From Candidatus Methanomethylophilaceae archaeon (GTDB lineage Archaea > Thermoplasmatota > Thermoplasmata > Methanomassiliicoccales > Methanomethylophilaceae): a DNA stretch of 64,000 nucleotides. Made by a program: the position numbers and the translations under genes. Below are positions 46,813-57,911 of this stretch, piece by piece; position 1 is the first letter of the stretch; every line of letters starts with the position of its first letter. The stretch is from NCBI GenBank assembly GCA_944320495.1, contig CALUHR010000005.1:160001-224000 (forward strand), given 5' to 3'. Below the pieces are notes generated by a model, which was not told the DNA's origin, made no database searches, and saw only the letters and a program-made list of their open reading frames with translations.

Positions 46813-47108
46813 GATATTTCCTCTCTGCCATCTGGTTGAGGATGTGCTTGCGCATCATTCTCTGATGGATAGGAATGTACATACATCCTTAGTTCTTAAA
46901 GTATTGCATATTTGAATACGATAGATACTACTGTAGTAGTATGTATTGTATAGGCACACAGGTGGTCACAGATTGCATACAGCACGGTATGACAGCTAAA
47001 GGCCATCTGAAATCATCTTCTCGACTTTGACCGCTTTATGATTGGATGATAATCCAACTGAACAGTTTCCATATGCACGTACTGGAACTGGACACAATTC
47101 GAAGTAAC

Positions 47109-47149
47109 GAACCAAATGTCTCTATGATATCTTCGAATATGAACAAAAA
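47109..47149 (+). repeat. 41-bp start-codon repeat
   Basis: Inverted copy of 43634-43674; the 29-bp core also occurs at the starts of paralogs 1 and 4. Confidence 0.85.
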
Positions 47150-50100
47150 TGCGGGAAAATATCTCGCTGCGGCCATCGCCATGCTCATGATTGTGTGCGC
47201 TGTGGCCGTCGTGGCGATGCCGTCCGAGGCTGACGCCGCAACCGTCCCCGAGCTGGAGACCCCCAGCTTCGCCGACGATGCCAAGGCCACCTCTCTCGAC
47301 GGACTCACCACTGCTCTCGAGAAATACGATGCCGTCGCCGTCACTGGCCCCATCACCATTTCTGGAGGGCAGCCTTTCGAGCTCAAAGAGGGCAAATCCC
47401 TCTACATCATCGACAGTGGAAAGGTCACCGTCAACGGTGGAAACCTCACCATCGACGGAACCGTCTACAACCAGGTCGGAACCAGCGATGCCAATTCCGG
47501 TATTGCATACCAGAGCGGAACCATCACCGTCAACGGAATCATCTACAGCGTGAGCGCTGTCAATACCACGGGGATTCTCACCCAGAGCCCCGTCATCAAC
47601 GCCTACTTCACCAGCATCGACGACGCCGTCGAGGGAGCCACCGGCTACCAGCACATCTACGGCGGAGACCTCGCCACCGTCGCTGGCTATGCCGTCGACA
47701 ACGAGTACACCAGCGGCCTGAGCGGCAAGTACGTCATGGCCTACGGTACCCAGGAGATCACCGGAACCGTCAACATGGCCGGTGTCGGACTGGTCGTCGG
47801 ATCAACTGGACTCAACAGCACGCTGACTATCGCCGAGGACGCCGTCGTCATCGCCAGCTCCTTCACCGCCCAGAGCGGAAGCACCATCACCTACAACGGA
47901 CTGGCCTTCGACCTCCCCGAGGGAGCCTCGGCCAGCTACGCCAACAACACCATGACTATCTCCGGAACCCTGGTCGCCGCCGCTGCCGACGACGACTGCG
48001 AGGATGGAAAGTTCTCCGGAATCTTCACCGACAGGGCCGCCGGATACGCGTTCATCCAGATCAACGGTCTCCAGAACGTGATCGGAGAGAACACCGTCAC
48101 CATCAAACAGACCAACAACGCCCTGGAGGAGGTCTACACCGGAAACCATCAGGACAACATCCATGAGGTTGTTGACGGCACTTGGTACAAGTTCGACTCG
48201 TACACCGCCGATGAGGTCGATCAGGGATACGCCTTCCTCGTCCCCAAGTCCGGCAACGTGACCGTCGAGGTCGGAGAGACCACCTACACCTTCAACTTCT
48301 CCGGCGTCACCAACGCCGCCGAGTTCGATGCTCCCGCCGCGACCGAAGTCGCCGACGCATTCAGGGCCGGCAACACCCTCGTCACCCTCAACGGTGTGGC
48401 TAACAATGCGATCTACGACGTCCCCGCCAACGCGACCCTCGTCATCAACAACGTCACTGCGAATCAGACCTTCAGCATCTCCACCACCGTGGTCGGAGAG
48501 ACTGCACCCCAGTCCGTTGAGATCAGCGGAGCCAACATCAGCTCCATGACCGTCAACCAGGGATCCGTCACCCTCAAGGACGTCGTCATCGACTACGACA
48601 TCAACGCTTCTCAGAAACCGGTGATTACCGTCGATGCCAACACCAACCTGAAGTTCACCGGCAAGATCTCCGTCACCGGAGACCTCACCATCGACGCCAC
48701 CGCCTCCAACGCCGTCGTCGACGTCCTGAGGAGCGCCGAGATCACCCTCGTCGAGTACAAGAACGCCGCAGGTGCGACCGTCCAGTCCACCATCACCTTC
48801 GTCGGCGGAGAGGTCAACATCAAGGGATCCATCCTCGGCGGAGAGATCATCGCCGGAAACGGATCCACCGTCACCATCGACGGAACCGTCACTTCCGACA
48901 TCAGCAACACCGGTGGAACCATCATCAACAACTCCGCTACCGCCGGAACCATCACCCTGTCCGACGGATCCATCGTCGACAACAGGACCTCCGTCAACGG
49001 TTCCATCTCCCAGGAGATCATCGTCTCCGGAGAGGTCACCGTCGTCGCCGGCGGTCACATCACCGTCAACGGACTCCTGACCATCCAGGAGGGAGCCACC
49101 CTCGTCCTCGAGCAGGGAGCCACCCTCGAGATCAACGCCTCCGGTAACGTCGTCAACAACGGAACCATCAGCGTCGAGGCCGAGGCTGACAACGATGACA
49201 TGATCTTCACCTACGCCGGAAGCAGCATGGCGATCAACGGAACCCTCAACCTCGAGGGTAAGAACGCCTTCAAATCCACTGGAAAGGGAATCACCGTCTC
49301 CGGAGACATGAACGTCGGAGACGACGCCACCGCCGACATCGACGGACTCGTCGTCGCCGCGGGCGGAGAGCTCAACGTCAACGGAGAGATCGCCGGCGAG
49401 TTCACCAACAACGGAACCGTCACCATCGACTCCGAGGTCGCTCCCAAGACCACCCTCACCGACGGAAAGAACGTCAAGATCTTCATGCGCGACGGAGCCG
49501 TCCTGAACCTCGTCAACGCCGATGGTGAATACACCGTCACCGACGCTGGAATGAAGTTCAGAAACTCCGACGGAAAGGACGTCTCCATCGCCGACGACAA
49601 GGATGCATCCGTCACCTTCACCGATGTCTCCGGAGTCACCGTCACCGAGTCCCTCATCGTCAAGATGGAGCCCGCTGGCTCTACCAACGCCACCAGGGTC
49701 GGATACGGCAACATGGCCATCAGCGGAGCCGCCGATGTCGCCAGCACCCTCGCGACCACCGCCAACACCGGTGCCACCATCGCCATCACCGATGGAACCG
49801 TCAACGTCGCCGCCGAGACCGAGCTGACCCTCGCCGAGAACGTTAACATGACCATCGCCGGAACCCTGGCCGTCGCCGGATCCGTCGACGCCACCGACGA
49901 TAAGGCCGGCATCACCGGTGCCAACCTCACCGTCACCGGGACCGTCACCTCCGACGTGGAGCTCGACCAGATCACCAACATCCTGGCCGCCGTCTACGAG
50001 AGCGGAACCGGAAGCTCCAAGGTCTTCACCTACACCACCCTGGCCGCCGCCATCGCCGCGGGAGCCGACGACATCGAGCTCCTCGGGGCCTACGTCATCG

Positions 50101-52181
50101 ACGAGGACATCACCATCCCCGCCGGGGTCGAGGTCGACGCCAACACCGCCGACGAGAGGGTCCTGATCAAGGAGGACGTCACCGTCACCGTCGCCTTCGA
50201 CGCCGCCGCCAACAGCAGCGGTAAGTTCACCAACGGCACCGTCGTCATCGACGTCGACGGAACCCTCATCACCGAGCACCTCAAGAAGAGCAACGTGAAG
50301 GAGAACGCCGTCGAGAGCGATGTCACCACCAAGAACGGCGACTACGCCAAGTTCACCAGCATCTACAACGCCCTCGCCGAGGCCCAGCCCGGCGACGTCG
50401 TCACCGTCACCACCACCGAGAAGATCACCATCAAGAAGGACATCACCATCCCCGCCGGAGTCACCCTCTCCGTCCCCTACGCCGACATCGATGTCGACAA
50501 GGGAGTCACCGTCACCGTCGACGGAACCTATGAGGGAGACACCAAGTACACGATGCTCCCCGGAGCCGAGGACGACCCGACCCAGACCATCGTCAACGGA
50601 ATGTTCAAGCTCCTCGGAAGCACCAGCCAGTACACGACCACCGCCAACAACGTCAACCTCATCGCGGGAGCCTACTACTCCTACGACGGCTACTATGTCA
50701 TCTCCCCGCTGTCCGTCCTCGCCACCGTCATGGCCGACGTCGACGGAGAGAGCGCCATGGTCTACGGAACCGTCACCGAGGGAGACGTCGCCCTGACCTC
50801 CGAGGACTTCACCCTCTACGTCATGGACAAGGCCGTCCTGACCCTCAGCAGCCTGGCCCTCGACGGAGTCGACTTCGACTTCCAGAACGGAAGGACCAGC
50901 GCCACCGTGACAGTCGCCGACGGAACCTTCGTCCTCGACAAGGTCAAGGGAGGAATCATCACCACCGTCTCCGAGACCAAGAACGACGTCACCACCGTGA
51001 CCGCCGTCCTCCGTGGAACCCTCACCGATGCGCCCGCCATCACCACCACCGAGAAGGTCGACGGATCCGTCACCGTCTCCGGCACCGCCCAGATCGGACT
51101 GACCGGCGTCGCCGCCACGAACGTCGCCGTCGAGACCGAGATCGCCGCCGAGGCCTCTGTCGCAGCCGTCAACGCCGGATTCGCCGGAAAGGTCACCGTC
51201 ACCGGGACCCTCACCGTCGAGAGCGCCAACGTGACCTTCGGAACCATCGAGGTCTCCGGAATCGTCAGCGTCGCCAAGGATTGCAGCGCCACTGCCGACA
51301 AGATGTACGTCGGAGTCACCCAGGTCGACAGCACCGGTGCCGACGACGGAATCGTCACCGACCTCGGATCCGGAGCCGTCTCCGGAGTCGAGCTTGACGC
51401 GGTTGCATCCCCTTCTGTCGACACCAACGTCGTCTACGTCAGCCCCAACGCCACCTTCACCCCCGTGGAGGACCAGGCTGCCGACGGAACCGATGCCCTC
51501 GTCTCCACCGAGTACTACATCGAGGACGCCCTGTTCGTCACCGCCTACGCCAACAACGGCAACGAGGTCAGGATCGACGATGTCAAGGCCACCATCACCA
51601 ACGCCTACTTCGCCGGATGGGCCAACGAGGACAACCAGTTCGCGTTCGTCGACAATGGAAACAAGGCAGACACCATCCGCCACGTCGGAGAGGACAACTT
51701 CGAGCAGGTCTACGCCGACATCGAGTACGACATCTACGTCATCAACCTCAGGGCCGACCAGAACGCCGTCTCCAGCATCAGCATCGATGGCAACATCATG
51801 CAGTTCGGAATGATCTGGGACACCACCGTTGCCGATGGATACTACTACGGCTACACCGCCGTTGTCGCCGCCGGCAGCCACACCATCAGCTACCAGCTGG
51901 CCAACGGATACTCCGGAAACGGAGTCCTCACCGTCAACGGCACCCAGCAGAGCGGACTGACCTTCACGACCGAGGGAACCCCCGAGGTCGGCAAGCAGAC
52001 CATCAGCTACAACCTCCAGCTGACCGGCTTCGAGAAGTCCGGCTACGTGCCCGACTCCCCCGACACCGGAAGCGACTCCGGCGACTCCGGAATGACGATC
52101 ACCGACTACCTCCTGATCGTCCTCGTCGTCCTCATCATCGTCATGGCCATCATCGTGGCCATGAGGCTCATGAGGAGCTGA
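47124..52181 (+). CDS. Major surface protein, paralog 3
   Basis: MISSNMNKN start; body most similar to paralog 1; conserved C-terminal anchor. Confidence 0.9.
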   Translation: MISSNMNKNAGKYLAAAIAMLMIVCAVAVVAMPSEADAATVPELETPSFADDAKATSLDGLTTALEKYDAVAVTGPITISGGQPFELKEGKSLYIIDSGKVTVNGGNLTIDGTVYNQVGTSDANSGIAYQSGTITVNGIIYSVSAVNTTGILTQSPVINAYFTSIDDAVEGATGYQHIYGGDLATVAGYAVDNEYTSGLSGKYVMAYGTQEITGTVNMAGVGLVVGSTGLNSTLTIAEDAVVIASSFTAQSGSTITYNGLAFDLPEGASASYANNTMTISGTLVAAAADDDCEDGKFSGIFTDRAAGYAFIQINGLQNVIGENTVTIKQTNNALEEVYTGNHQDNIHEVVDGTWYKFDSYTADEVDQGYAFLVPKSGNVTVEVGETTYTFNFSGVTNAAEFDAPAATEVADAFRAGNTLVTLNGVANNAIYDVPANATLVINNVTANQTFSISTTVVGETAPQSVEISGANISSMTVNQGSVTLKDVVIDYDINASQKPVITVDANTNLKFTGKISVTGDLTIDATASNAVVDVLRSAEITLVEYKNAAGATVQSTITFVGGEVNIKGSILGGEIIAGNGSTVTIDGTVTSDISNTGGTIINNSATAGTITLSDGSIVDNRTSVNGSISQEIIVSGEVTVVAGGHITVNGLLTIQEGATLVLEQGATLEINASGNVVNNGTISVEAEADNDDMIFTYAGSSMAINGTLNLEGKNAFKSTGKGITVSGDMNVGDDATADIDGLVVAAGGELNVNGEIAGEFTNNGTVTIDSEVAPKTTLTDGKNVKIFMRDGAVLNLVNADGEYTVTDAGMKFRNSDGKDVSIADDKDASVTFTDVSGVTVTESLIVKMEPAGSTNATRVGYGNMAISGAADVASTLATTANTGATIAITDGTVNVAAETELTLAENVNMTIAGTLAVAGSVDATDDKAGITGANLTVTGTVTSDVELDQITNILAAVYESGTGSSKVFTYTTLAAAIAAGADDIELLGAYVIDEDITIPAGVEVDANTADERVLIKEDVTVTVAFDAAANSSGKFTNGTVVIDVDGTLITEHLKKSNVKENAVESDVTTKNGDYAKFTSIYNALAEAQPGDVVTVTTTEKITIKKDITIPAGVTLSVPYADIDVDKGVTVTVDGTYEGDTKYTMLPGAEDDPTQTIVNGMFKLLGSTSQYTTTANNVNLIAGAYYSYDGYYVISPLSVLATVMADVDGESAMVYGTVTEGDVALTSEDFTLYVMDKAVLTLSSLALDGVDFDFQNGRTSATVTVADGTFVLDKVKGGIITTVSETKNDVTTVTAVLRGTLTDAPAITTTEKVDGSVTVSGTAQIGLTGVAATNVAVETEIAAEASVAAVNAGFAGKVTVTGTLTVESANVTFGTIEVSGIVSVAKDCSATADKMYVGVTQVDSTGADDGIVTDLGSGAVSGVELDAVASPSVDTNVVYVSPNATFTPVEDQAADGTDALVSTEYYIEDALFVTAYANNGNEVRIDDVKATITNAYFAGWANEDNQFAFVDNGNKADTIRHVGEDNFEQVYADIEYDIYVINLRADQNAVSSISIDGNIMQFGMIWDTTVADGYYYGYTAVVAAGSHTISYQLANGYSGNGVLTVNGTQQSGLTFTTEGTPEVGKQTISYNLQLTGFEKSGYVPDSPDTGSDSGDSGMTITDYLLIVLVVLIIVMAIIVAMRLMRS

Positions 52182-52588
52182 TCGCGAACCATCCAACAAC
52201 CTGAAGAGGAAACCCCGAGGGGTCCGCAAGGACCTCTCCCAAGGGATGGGCTGAAAGCAGACGAATCATCCCGTAACCTGAACAGGAAACCCCGACGGCC
52301 GGAACATGGCCGTCCCGCCGATCCGGTGCCGCCGAGAGCGGCACCCGGTCGGCACAGCATTCTCCCGATCCGTCGGATCGGACTTGCCATCGTTCTCCCG
52401 AACCGTCCATTCGGTTCAGTCATTGAGGAAGAAGGACCCCTCCGCTCTCGGAGGGTCGGCCCCCTTCGGGACCCGTGTTTGCTCTTCAGGCGATTGGTTG
52501 CTTTCTCTTGCGACTGCGCCCCATCCCTTTGGAGGGGTCCTTGCGGACCCCTCGGGGTTTCCTCTTCAGGTTGTTGGATGGTTCGCGA
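52182..52588. repeat. About 410-bp structured tail-to-tail spacer, copy 2
   Basis: Direct repeat of 38395-38808 with stems conserved and loops changed; ends are long inverted repeats continuous with the gene 3' ends. Confidence 0.85.
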
Positions 52589-55500
52589 TCAGCTCCTCAT
52601 GAGCCTCATGGCCACGATGATGGCCATGACGATGATGAGGACGACGAGGACGATCAGCAGGTAGTCGGTGATGCCCATTCCGCTGTCGCCGGAGTCGCTG
52701 CCGGTGTCGGGGGAGTCGGGCACGTAGCCGGACTTCTCGAAGCCGGTGAGCTGGAGCTCGTAGATGACGGTGGATCCGGTGGTGGGCTCGCCCTCGGTGG
52801 TGAAGGTGAGGCCGGACTGCTGGGTGCCGTTGACGGTCAGGACACCGTTGCCGGAGTATCCGTTGGCCAGCTGGTACTGGACGGTGTGGCTACCAGCGGC
52901 GATGGTGAGGGTGTATCCGTAGTAGTATCCCTCGACACCCATGTTGGGGTGGGCGGGGTCCTTGTACTCGGCGATCATTCCGAACTGCATGAGGTTACCG
53001 TCGATGCTGATGCTGCTGATGGCGTTCTGGTCAGCCCTGAGGTTGATGACGTAGATGTCGTAGGTGACCTCGGCGGTGACGACGTTGAAGTTGTCGGTTC
53101 CGACCTTGGCGGTGGTGTTGCCGACGGCGACCTTGGTGGTTCCGTCCTCGGCGACCCAGGTTCCGTTGAAGTACGCGTTCTCGACGGGGACGGACTTGAT
53201 CTGCTCGGAGGTCAGGGCGACATCGACGGGTCCGCTGGCGTAGGCGGTGATCCAGGTCGCTCCCTCGACGACGTACTCGGTGGACTTCTTCTCGGCGTTG
53301 GTTCCGACTCCGAGGGTCTCGTCGGAGACGGTGGCTCCGGCGACAGCGTAGACGGTGGTGCATCCGACGAGTCCGTTGACGACACCGGTTCCGGTGGTCT
53401 CGAGCTTGTCGTTGAGTCCGACGTACATGATGTTACCGGTGACGTTCAGGGTTCCGGCGGTGGCGGTGGAGGTGGCGACTGCGACGTCGACGGTTCCGTT
53501 GACGAACAGGGTTCCGACGCTCATGCTCTGGTTGCTGCCCAGGGTGACGGTTCCGTCGACGATGAGCTTGCCGGAGACGGATCCGGAGGTTGCTCCGGCG
53601 GTGGCGGCGGGGACGGTCAGGGTTGCGCCCTCGGCGACGGTCATGTCGCCAGTGACCGCATTGTTCCCGATAATGACGGTTCCGGCGGTGGCGGCGAGGA
53701 TCGCATCGACCTTGTCGTCGTCATTCTCGTGGGTGACGTTGGCACCGGTCACGGTAAGTCCGTTCTCGGACTCGACGGTCAGGTCCATGACATTGGTGGC
53801 CTGGATGCTGGCGTCTCCGACGGTGACGGTTCCGGTGAAGAGTCCGTAGTTGGTGGTGCTCCCGTAGAGAACATCGAGGACGGCGTTGTTGGACAGGGCC
53901 AGGGAGGTCAGGGTGACCTTGGCTCCGTTGTCGACGATGATCTGCTCGCATCCGTTGTCGGTGGCGGCGAAGACGATGTCTCCCTCGGCGACGGTTCCCT
54001 TGAGGGTGATCTTGCTCTCGATGTTCGGGAGGACGTTCGCGGAGACGGCGACGGCCAGCGGGGTGACGTACCTGTACTCTCCGTCGGTGTAGTAGGCACC
54101 GCTGATGTAGGATCCGGTGAGGTCGGCGACGGCGTTGGCCTGCTTGTAGTCGACGGTCTCCATGACCTTCAGGGTTCCGGTGACCACGATGGCAGACGCG
54201 TAGTCCTTCTTGACCTGGTCGTTGACGGCCTTGTCTGCGAAGGCGGTCTGGGCGATGATTCCCTGGGAGGCCCTCTCGGACTGGAGGGTTCCGGCGACGG
54301 TCAGGGTGACGCCGTTCATGACCTTGATCTGTCCGTTCTCGGGGACGATGAGGGTGACTCCCTCCTTGACGGTGAAGTCGCTGTCGAGCTCGACGACGGC
54401 GTTCTCGAAGACCTCGATGACGTCGCCGGCGACGGCCTCGTTCATGGCGGTGTAGACGTTGGTGTACCTGGCCCAGCCGTTCTTGACGAGCTTGCCCTCG
54501 GCGTCGACCTGCTTGGAGACGACGTCGGCCTGGATGGTCTCCTCGCCCATCCTGAGGTCGGTCCTGTCGGTGAAGTACAGGGTTCCCTCGACGACGGTGG
54601 TTCCGGTTCCGTTGTAGTCGGCTCCGGCGGCGATGGTCAGGACGACGGTCCTGTCCTTCTCGGTTCCGATCTTCAGGGTAGCATCGCTGAAGGTGAAGTC
54701 GATGGCCGGCACGGTCGCGGAGACGGTGACGGTGTTCTCTCCGTAGAGGACGATCTCGTCGATGGTGCTGTCAGCGTTGGCGGCGGCGATGGCTGCGTCG
54801 ACGGTGACGTAGTTGCTGTAATCGTCGGTGTCGACGGTGGTAAGGTAGTGGGCGGCGTTGACGGTTCCCTTAATCTCGAACTCGGGCATGTAGACATGTC
54901 CGGCCCCAGCCATGGTGAGGGTTCCATCACTGTTGTAGATGTTGGCGGATTTGTTCACGGGGACGTATCCGCTGACGGTCAGGGTCGCCTTGTTGTCAAG
55001 GGCGACCTTCTCACCAAGGGACAGGGCAGCGGTGTTCTCGCCGGCGTCGGAGACGGTGAACTTTCCGCTAACGAGCTTGAGGTAGGCGGAGTAGTTCCTG
55101 GTGTCGGCGGTGGAGGAGTTCGCAAGGGCGGACAGCTCTCCGCTGACGTTTCCGGCGATGTCCATAACGTTGGTCAGCTTGTCCTTGGTGCTGTTGTAGG
55201 TGACGTCCTCGACGACGGTGAGTCCGGAAATGACGGAGTTGTTGTCGGAGGAGTTGGTCACGTAGAACTGAAGGCTGGTAGCGATGGTTCCCGCAGTGAC
55301 TCCGATCTTCTTGTCCTTGGCATACTCAAGTCCCGCGTCGGAGACGGTCACTCCGCCACCGGTGGTGACGGCCATGTTCCTGACCTCGACGGAGGCTCCG
55401 TCGGCGGCCATGTAGACGGTGACCATGTCGTCTGCGTAGATGATGTTGCCCGCGTCGTTGGTGGGCTCGGAGTCGATGACGACAGCTCCGCTGTTGTAGA

Positions 55501-57430
55501 TGGAAACGGCCTCCATGAACTGGCCCTCGAGGGTCAGGGAGACGTCCTGGGCGACGACGACCTTGGTTCCGTCGTTCTGGTAGATCGCGGAGGTGTCGGA
55601 CAGGGTGGTGTCGCTGTTGATGTTGAGGGAGGCGTTGGCGTTCTTGGTCTCGGGGTTGGGACCCATGTTGCTGATTGCGTTGAATCCGTATCCGACCTTG
55701 ACGGTACCGTCGATGTCGGCGGTGCCCTCGACGTTGATCTGTCCGGCAGCGACGGCCAGGGTGGCACCCTGCTCGACGGTCAGGGTTCCCTCGATGTTGG
55801 CGGTTCCGGGTCCGATGCGGGTGTTGTCACCGGTGCACTGGGAGGCTCCGATGACGAGGACTCCTCCATCCTCGATGACGAGGTTACCGAGGACGTTCAG
55901 GGTTCCGGGGATGACGATGACGTTTCCGGAGATGATGTTCCAGGTCTGTCCCTCGGGGACGGTGATGTTCTGGTTGGAGGTGTACCACTGGGTTCCGGTG
56001 CTGTCTCCGTAGACGGACAGGTCGGAGGTGTTGTTGTTGGTGTACTTCTCGACCAGGACGGGGGCGCTCATGGTTCCGTCGTTGGTGACGGATCCGGATC
56101 CCTCGACGGGTTTGGAACCGTCGACGGTTCCGGAGTTGGTGAACCTTCCCTCGACGGTCAGGCCAGCGGTGTTGAGGTCGACGGTTCCCCTGTTCCTCAG
56201 GCTGCTGTTCTCGGTGACGGTGATTCCGGTTCCGGCAGAGGCGAGAGTGACGTTCTCGTCGACGGCGTTGGTTCCGGTGAGGGTGGTTCCGCTCAGGGTG
56301 TACTTGGCAGGAAGGATGTCACCGGTTCCGGTGGAGGCCTTGAAGGTGGCTCCGTCGATGGTACCGCCGATGATCTTGGGCATGACAAGGTTCTTGTCCT
56401 TCTCGGCGTCGAGATCGCCCTTCCAGTTGCTTCCGGCGACCTTCATGGTGTCGGCGAAGATCTTGGAGTCGTCGTCCATGGTGATCTCGGATCCGCCATA
56501 GAGCATGACACCGGCCCTGCTGGTGTTGTTGTTCTGGTTGGCGTCGTTGATGTCGAAGGTGGTGTTGTCAACGTCGACGGCTCCCTTGAAGGCGAGTCCC
56601 TGGACGTTGGCACCGTTGACGGTGTAGGTCAGGTTGACCAGTTTGGAACCGCCGGCGGCGACGAGTCCGACCTCGACATCGGTCATGTTGATGGCGTTCT
56701 GCTCACCGGCGGTGGTGATGACAGCGTCCTGGAAGGCGGCGGTTCCTATGCAGTTGAGGGTGGAGCCCGTCATCTTGAGGTTGGTCTTGTCTCCGTCGGT
56801 GGCTCCGATCCAGGTGCTTCCGGACACGGTCGCGGAGCCGGTCTGCTTGATGGTGACGACGGAGTTCTTCATCTCGAAGGTCGCGTTGACACCGGTCTTC
56901 GTAGCGTCGCTGACATTGGGCTCGGCGTACTGGCTGTTGAAGATGGAGTTGGTGCAGTTGCCCTTGGAGGCGTTGTCGAGGGTGAGGTTCACGTTCTCGA
57001 CGATGATGGACTTGTTGTCGACCGCGAAATAGAAGACGGAGGAGTAGTTGTTGGAACCACTCGTCACGGTGGTCTTGGTGGTTTTGATGTAGAGGTCGTA
57101 GACCTCGGTGGCCTCATCATCGGATTTGATGGTGAGGTTTCCGTTCAGGATGAATGCAACATCCGCAGCGTCGGTGGAGTCACCGACGTCGTCGGTCAGG
57201 ATGATGGTTGCACCCGAGGCAGGCACCTCGATGATGCCGTTGGTGGCCAGTGCCTCAAGCTCCTCAACGGAGCCGACACTGTTCTCCACTTCGAGCTCTT
57301 TACCCTCGACGGGGTCGTAAGCATCGGCGGAGGGGGCCGCGACAACTGCCACAGCGCACACGACCATCAGCATGGCGATGACGGCGGCGAGCAGTTTGCC
57401 GTTGTTTTTGTTCATATTCGAAGATATCAT
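52589..57430 (-). CDS. Major surface protein, paralog 4
   Basis: First ~125 nt nearly identical to paralog 2; conserved anchor. Confidence 0.9.
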   Translation of the reverse strand: MISSNMNKNNGKLLAAVIAMLMVVCAVAVVAAPSADAYDPVEGKELEVENSVGSVEELEALATNGIIEVPASGATIILTDDVGDSTDAADVAFILNGNLTIKSDDEATEVYDLYIKTTKTTVTSGSNNYSSVFYFAVDNKSIIVENVNLTLDNASKGNCTNSIFNSQYAEPNVSDATKTGVNATFEMKNSVVTIKQTGSATVSGSTWIGATDGDKTNLKMTGSTLNCIGTAAFQDAVITTAGEQNAINMTDVEVGLVAAGGSKLVNLTYTVNGANVQGLAFKGAVDVDNTTFDINDANQNNNTSRAGVMLYGGSEITMDDDSKIFADTMKVAGSNWKGDLDAEKDKNLVMPKIIGGTIDGATFKASTGTGDILPAKYTLSGTTLTGTNAVDENVTLASAGTGITVTENSSLRNRGTVDLNTAGLTVEGRFTNSGTVDGSKPVEGSGSVTNDGTMSAPVLVEKYTNNNTSDLSVYGDSTGTQWYTSNQNITVPEGQTWNIISGNVIVIPGTLNVLGNLVIEDGGVLVIGASQCTGDNTRIGPGTANIEGTLTVEQGATLAVAAGQINVEGTADIDGTVKVGYGFNAISNMGPNPETKNANASLNINSDTTLSDTSAIYQNDGTKVVVAQDVSLTLEGQFMEAVSIYNSGAVVIDSEPTNDAGNIIYADDMVTVYMAADGASVEVRNMAVTTGGGVTVSDAGLEYAKDKKIGVTAGTIATSLQFYVTNSSDNNSVISGLTVVEDVTYNSTKDKLTNVMDIAGNVSGELSALANSSTADTRNYSAYLKLVSGKFTVSDAGENTAALSLGEKVALDNKATLTVSGYVPVNKSANIYNSDGTLTMAGAGHVYMPEFEIKGTVNAAHYLTTVDTDDYSNYVTVDAAIAAANADSTIDEIVLYGENTVTVSATVPAIDFTFSDATLKIGTEKDRTVVLTIAAGADYNGTGTTVVEGTLYFTDRTDLRMGEETIQADVVSKQVDAEGKLVKNGWARYTNVYTAMNEAVAGDVIEVFENAVVELDSDFTVKEGVTLIVPENGQIKVMNGVTLTVAGTLQSERASQGIIAQTAFADKAVNDQVKKDYASAIVVTGTLKVMETVDYKQANAVADLTGSYISGAYYTDGEYRYVTPLAVAVSANVLPNIESKITLKGTVAEGDIVFAATDNGCEQIIVDNGAKVTLTSLALSNNAVLDVLYGSTTNYGLFTGTVTVGDASIQATNVMDLTVESENGLTVTGANVTHENDDDKVDAILAATAGTVIIGNNAVTGDMTVAEGATLTVPAATAGATSGSVSGKLIVDGTVTLGSNQSMSVGTLFVNGTVDVAVATSTATAGTLNVTGNIMYVGLNDKLETTGTGVVNGLVGCTTVYAVAGATVSDETLGVGTNAEKKSTEYVVEGATWITAYASGPVDVALTSEQIKSVPVENAYFNGTWVAEDGTTKVAVGNTTAKVGTDNFNVVTAEVTYDIYVINLRADQNAISSISIDGNLMQFGMIAEYKDPAHPNMGVEGYYYGYTLTIAAGSHTVQYQLANGYSGNGVLTVNGTQQSGLTFTTEGEPTTGSTVIYELQLTGFEKSGYVPDSPDTGSDSGDSGMGITDYLLIVLVVLIIVMAIIVAMRLMRS

Positions 57431-57911
57431 AGAGACATTTGCTCCTTTGTTGGGCATTCTGCACGGTTCCCCCTCACCGGCCACGCTTCCACGCGACCTC
57501 AGGGGGACCATGCAGACGAGCTGCGTCCCGGACGCCCGGGGGCGCCCGATACACGGCTTGTCTCCCGAGTGGGTTCTTCCACCCGGTAAAATACGAGACT
57601 CTTCGTTTCGGATATTAAAGCGTTCCCCCGAGGCTCGGAGTCGGTACACGAAAACGGGGTGTTTTTCACGGTCGCGAGAGGACGGGGATCGGGCGGACGG
57701 TGCGGACGCCGTCCGCGCGTCCCGATTCCCCTCCCCGGGGCCGGGAGGCCCCTCGGAGGGCCGATCCCCGGCGGCGGGGGCCGCCGATCCGCCGCGTTCC
57801 CCGATCTCCCGCATTAAGATTGGATAATAGATCGCCGTCCGTTTTATCTCCGGGGACCGCATCCGAATCCCCGTCATAGGGGTCGTCTCCCGAAAGGGAG
57901 CAGTTGTCTCT

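Noticed and set aside
52198-52217. CTGAAGAG-GAAAC resembles a hammerhead ribozyme core (CUGANGA...GAAA)
   Set aside because: No stem II, and other copies read CTGAACAG or CTGAAAAG and CAAAC, breaking invariant positions.
38809-57877. Longer ORF-track starts for paralogs 2, 3 and 4 (43791, 47046, 57877)
   Set aside because: The ATG of MISSN/MVTNY is conserved in all five paralogs and directly precedes the signal peptide.
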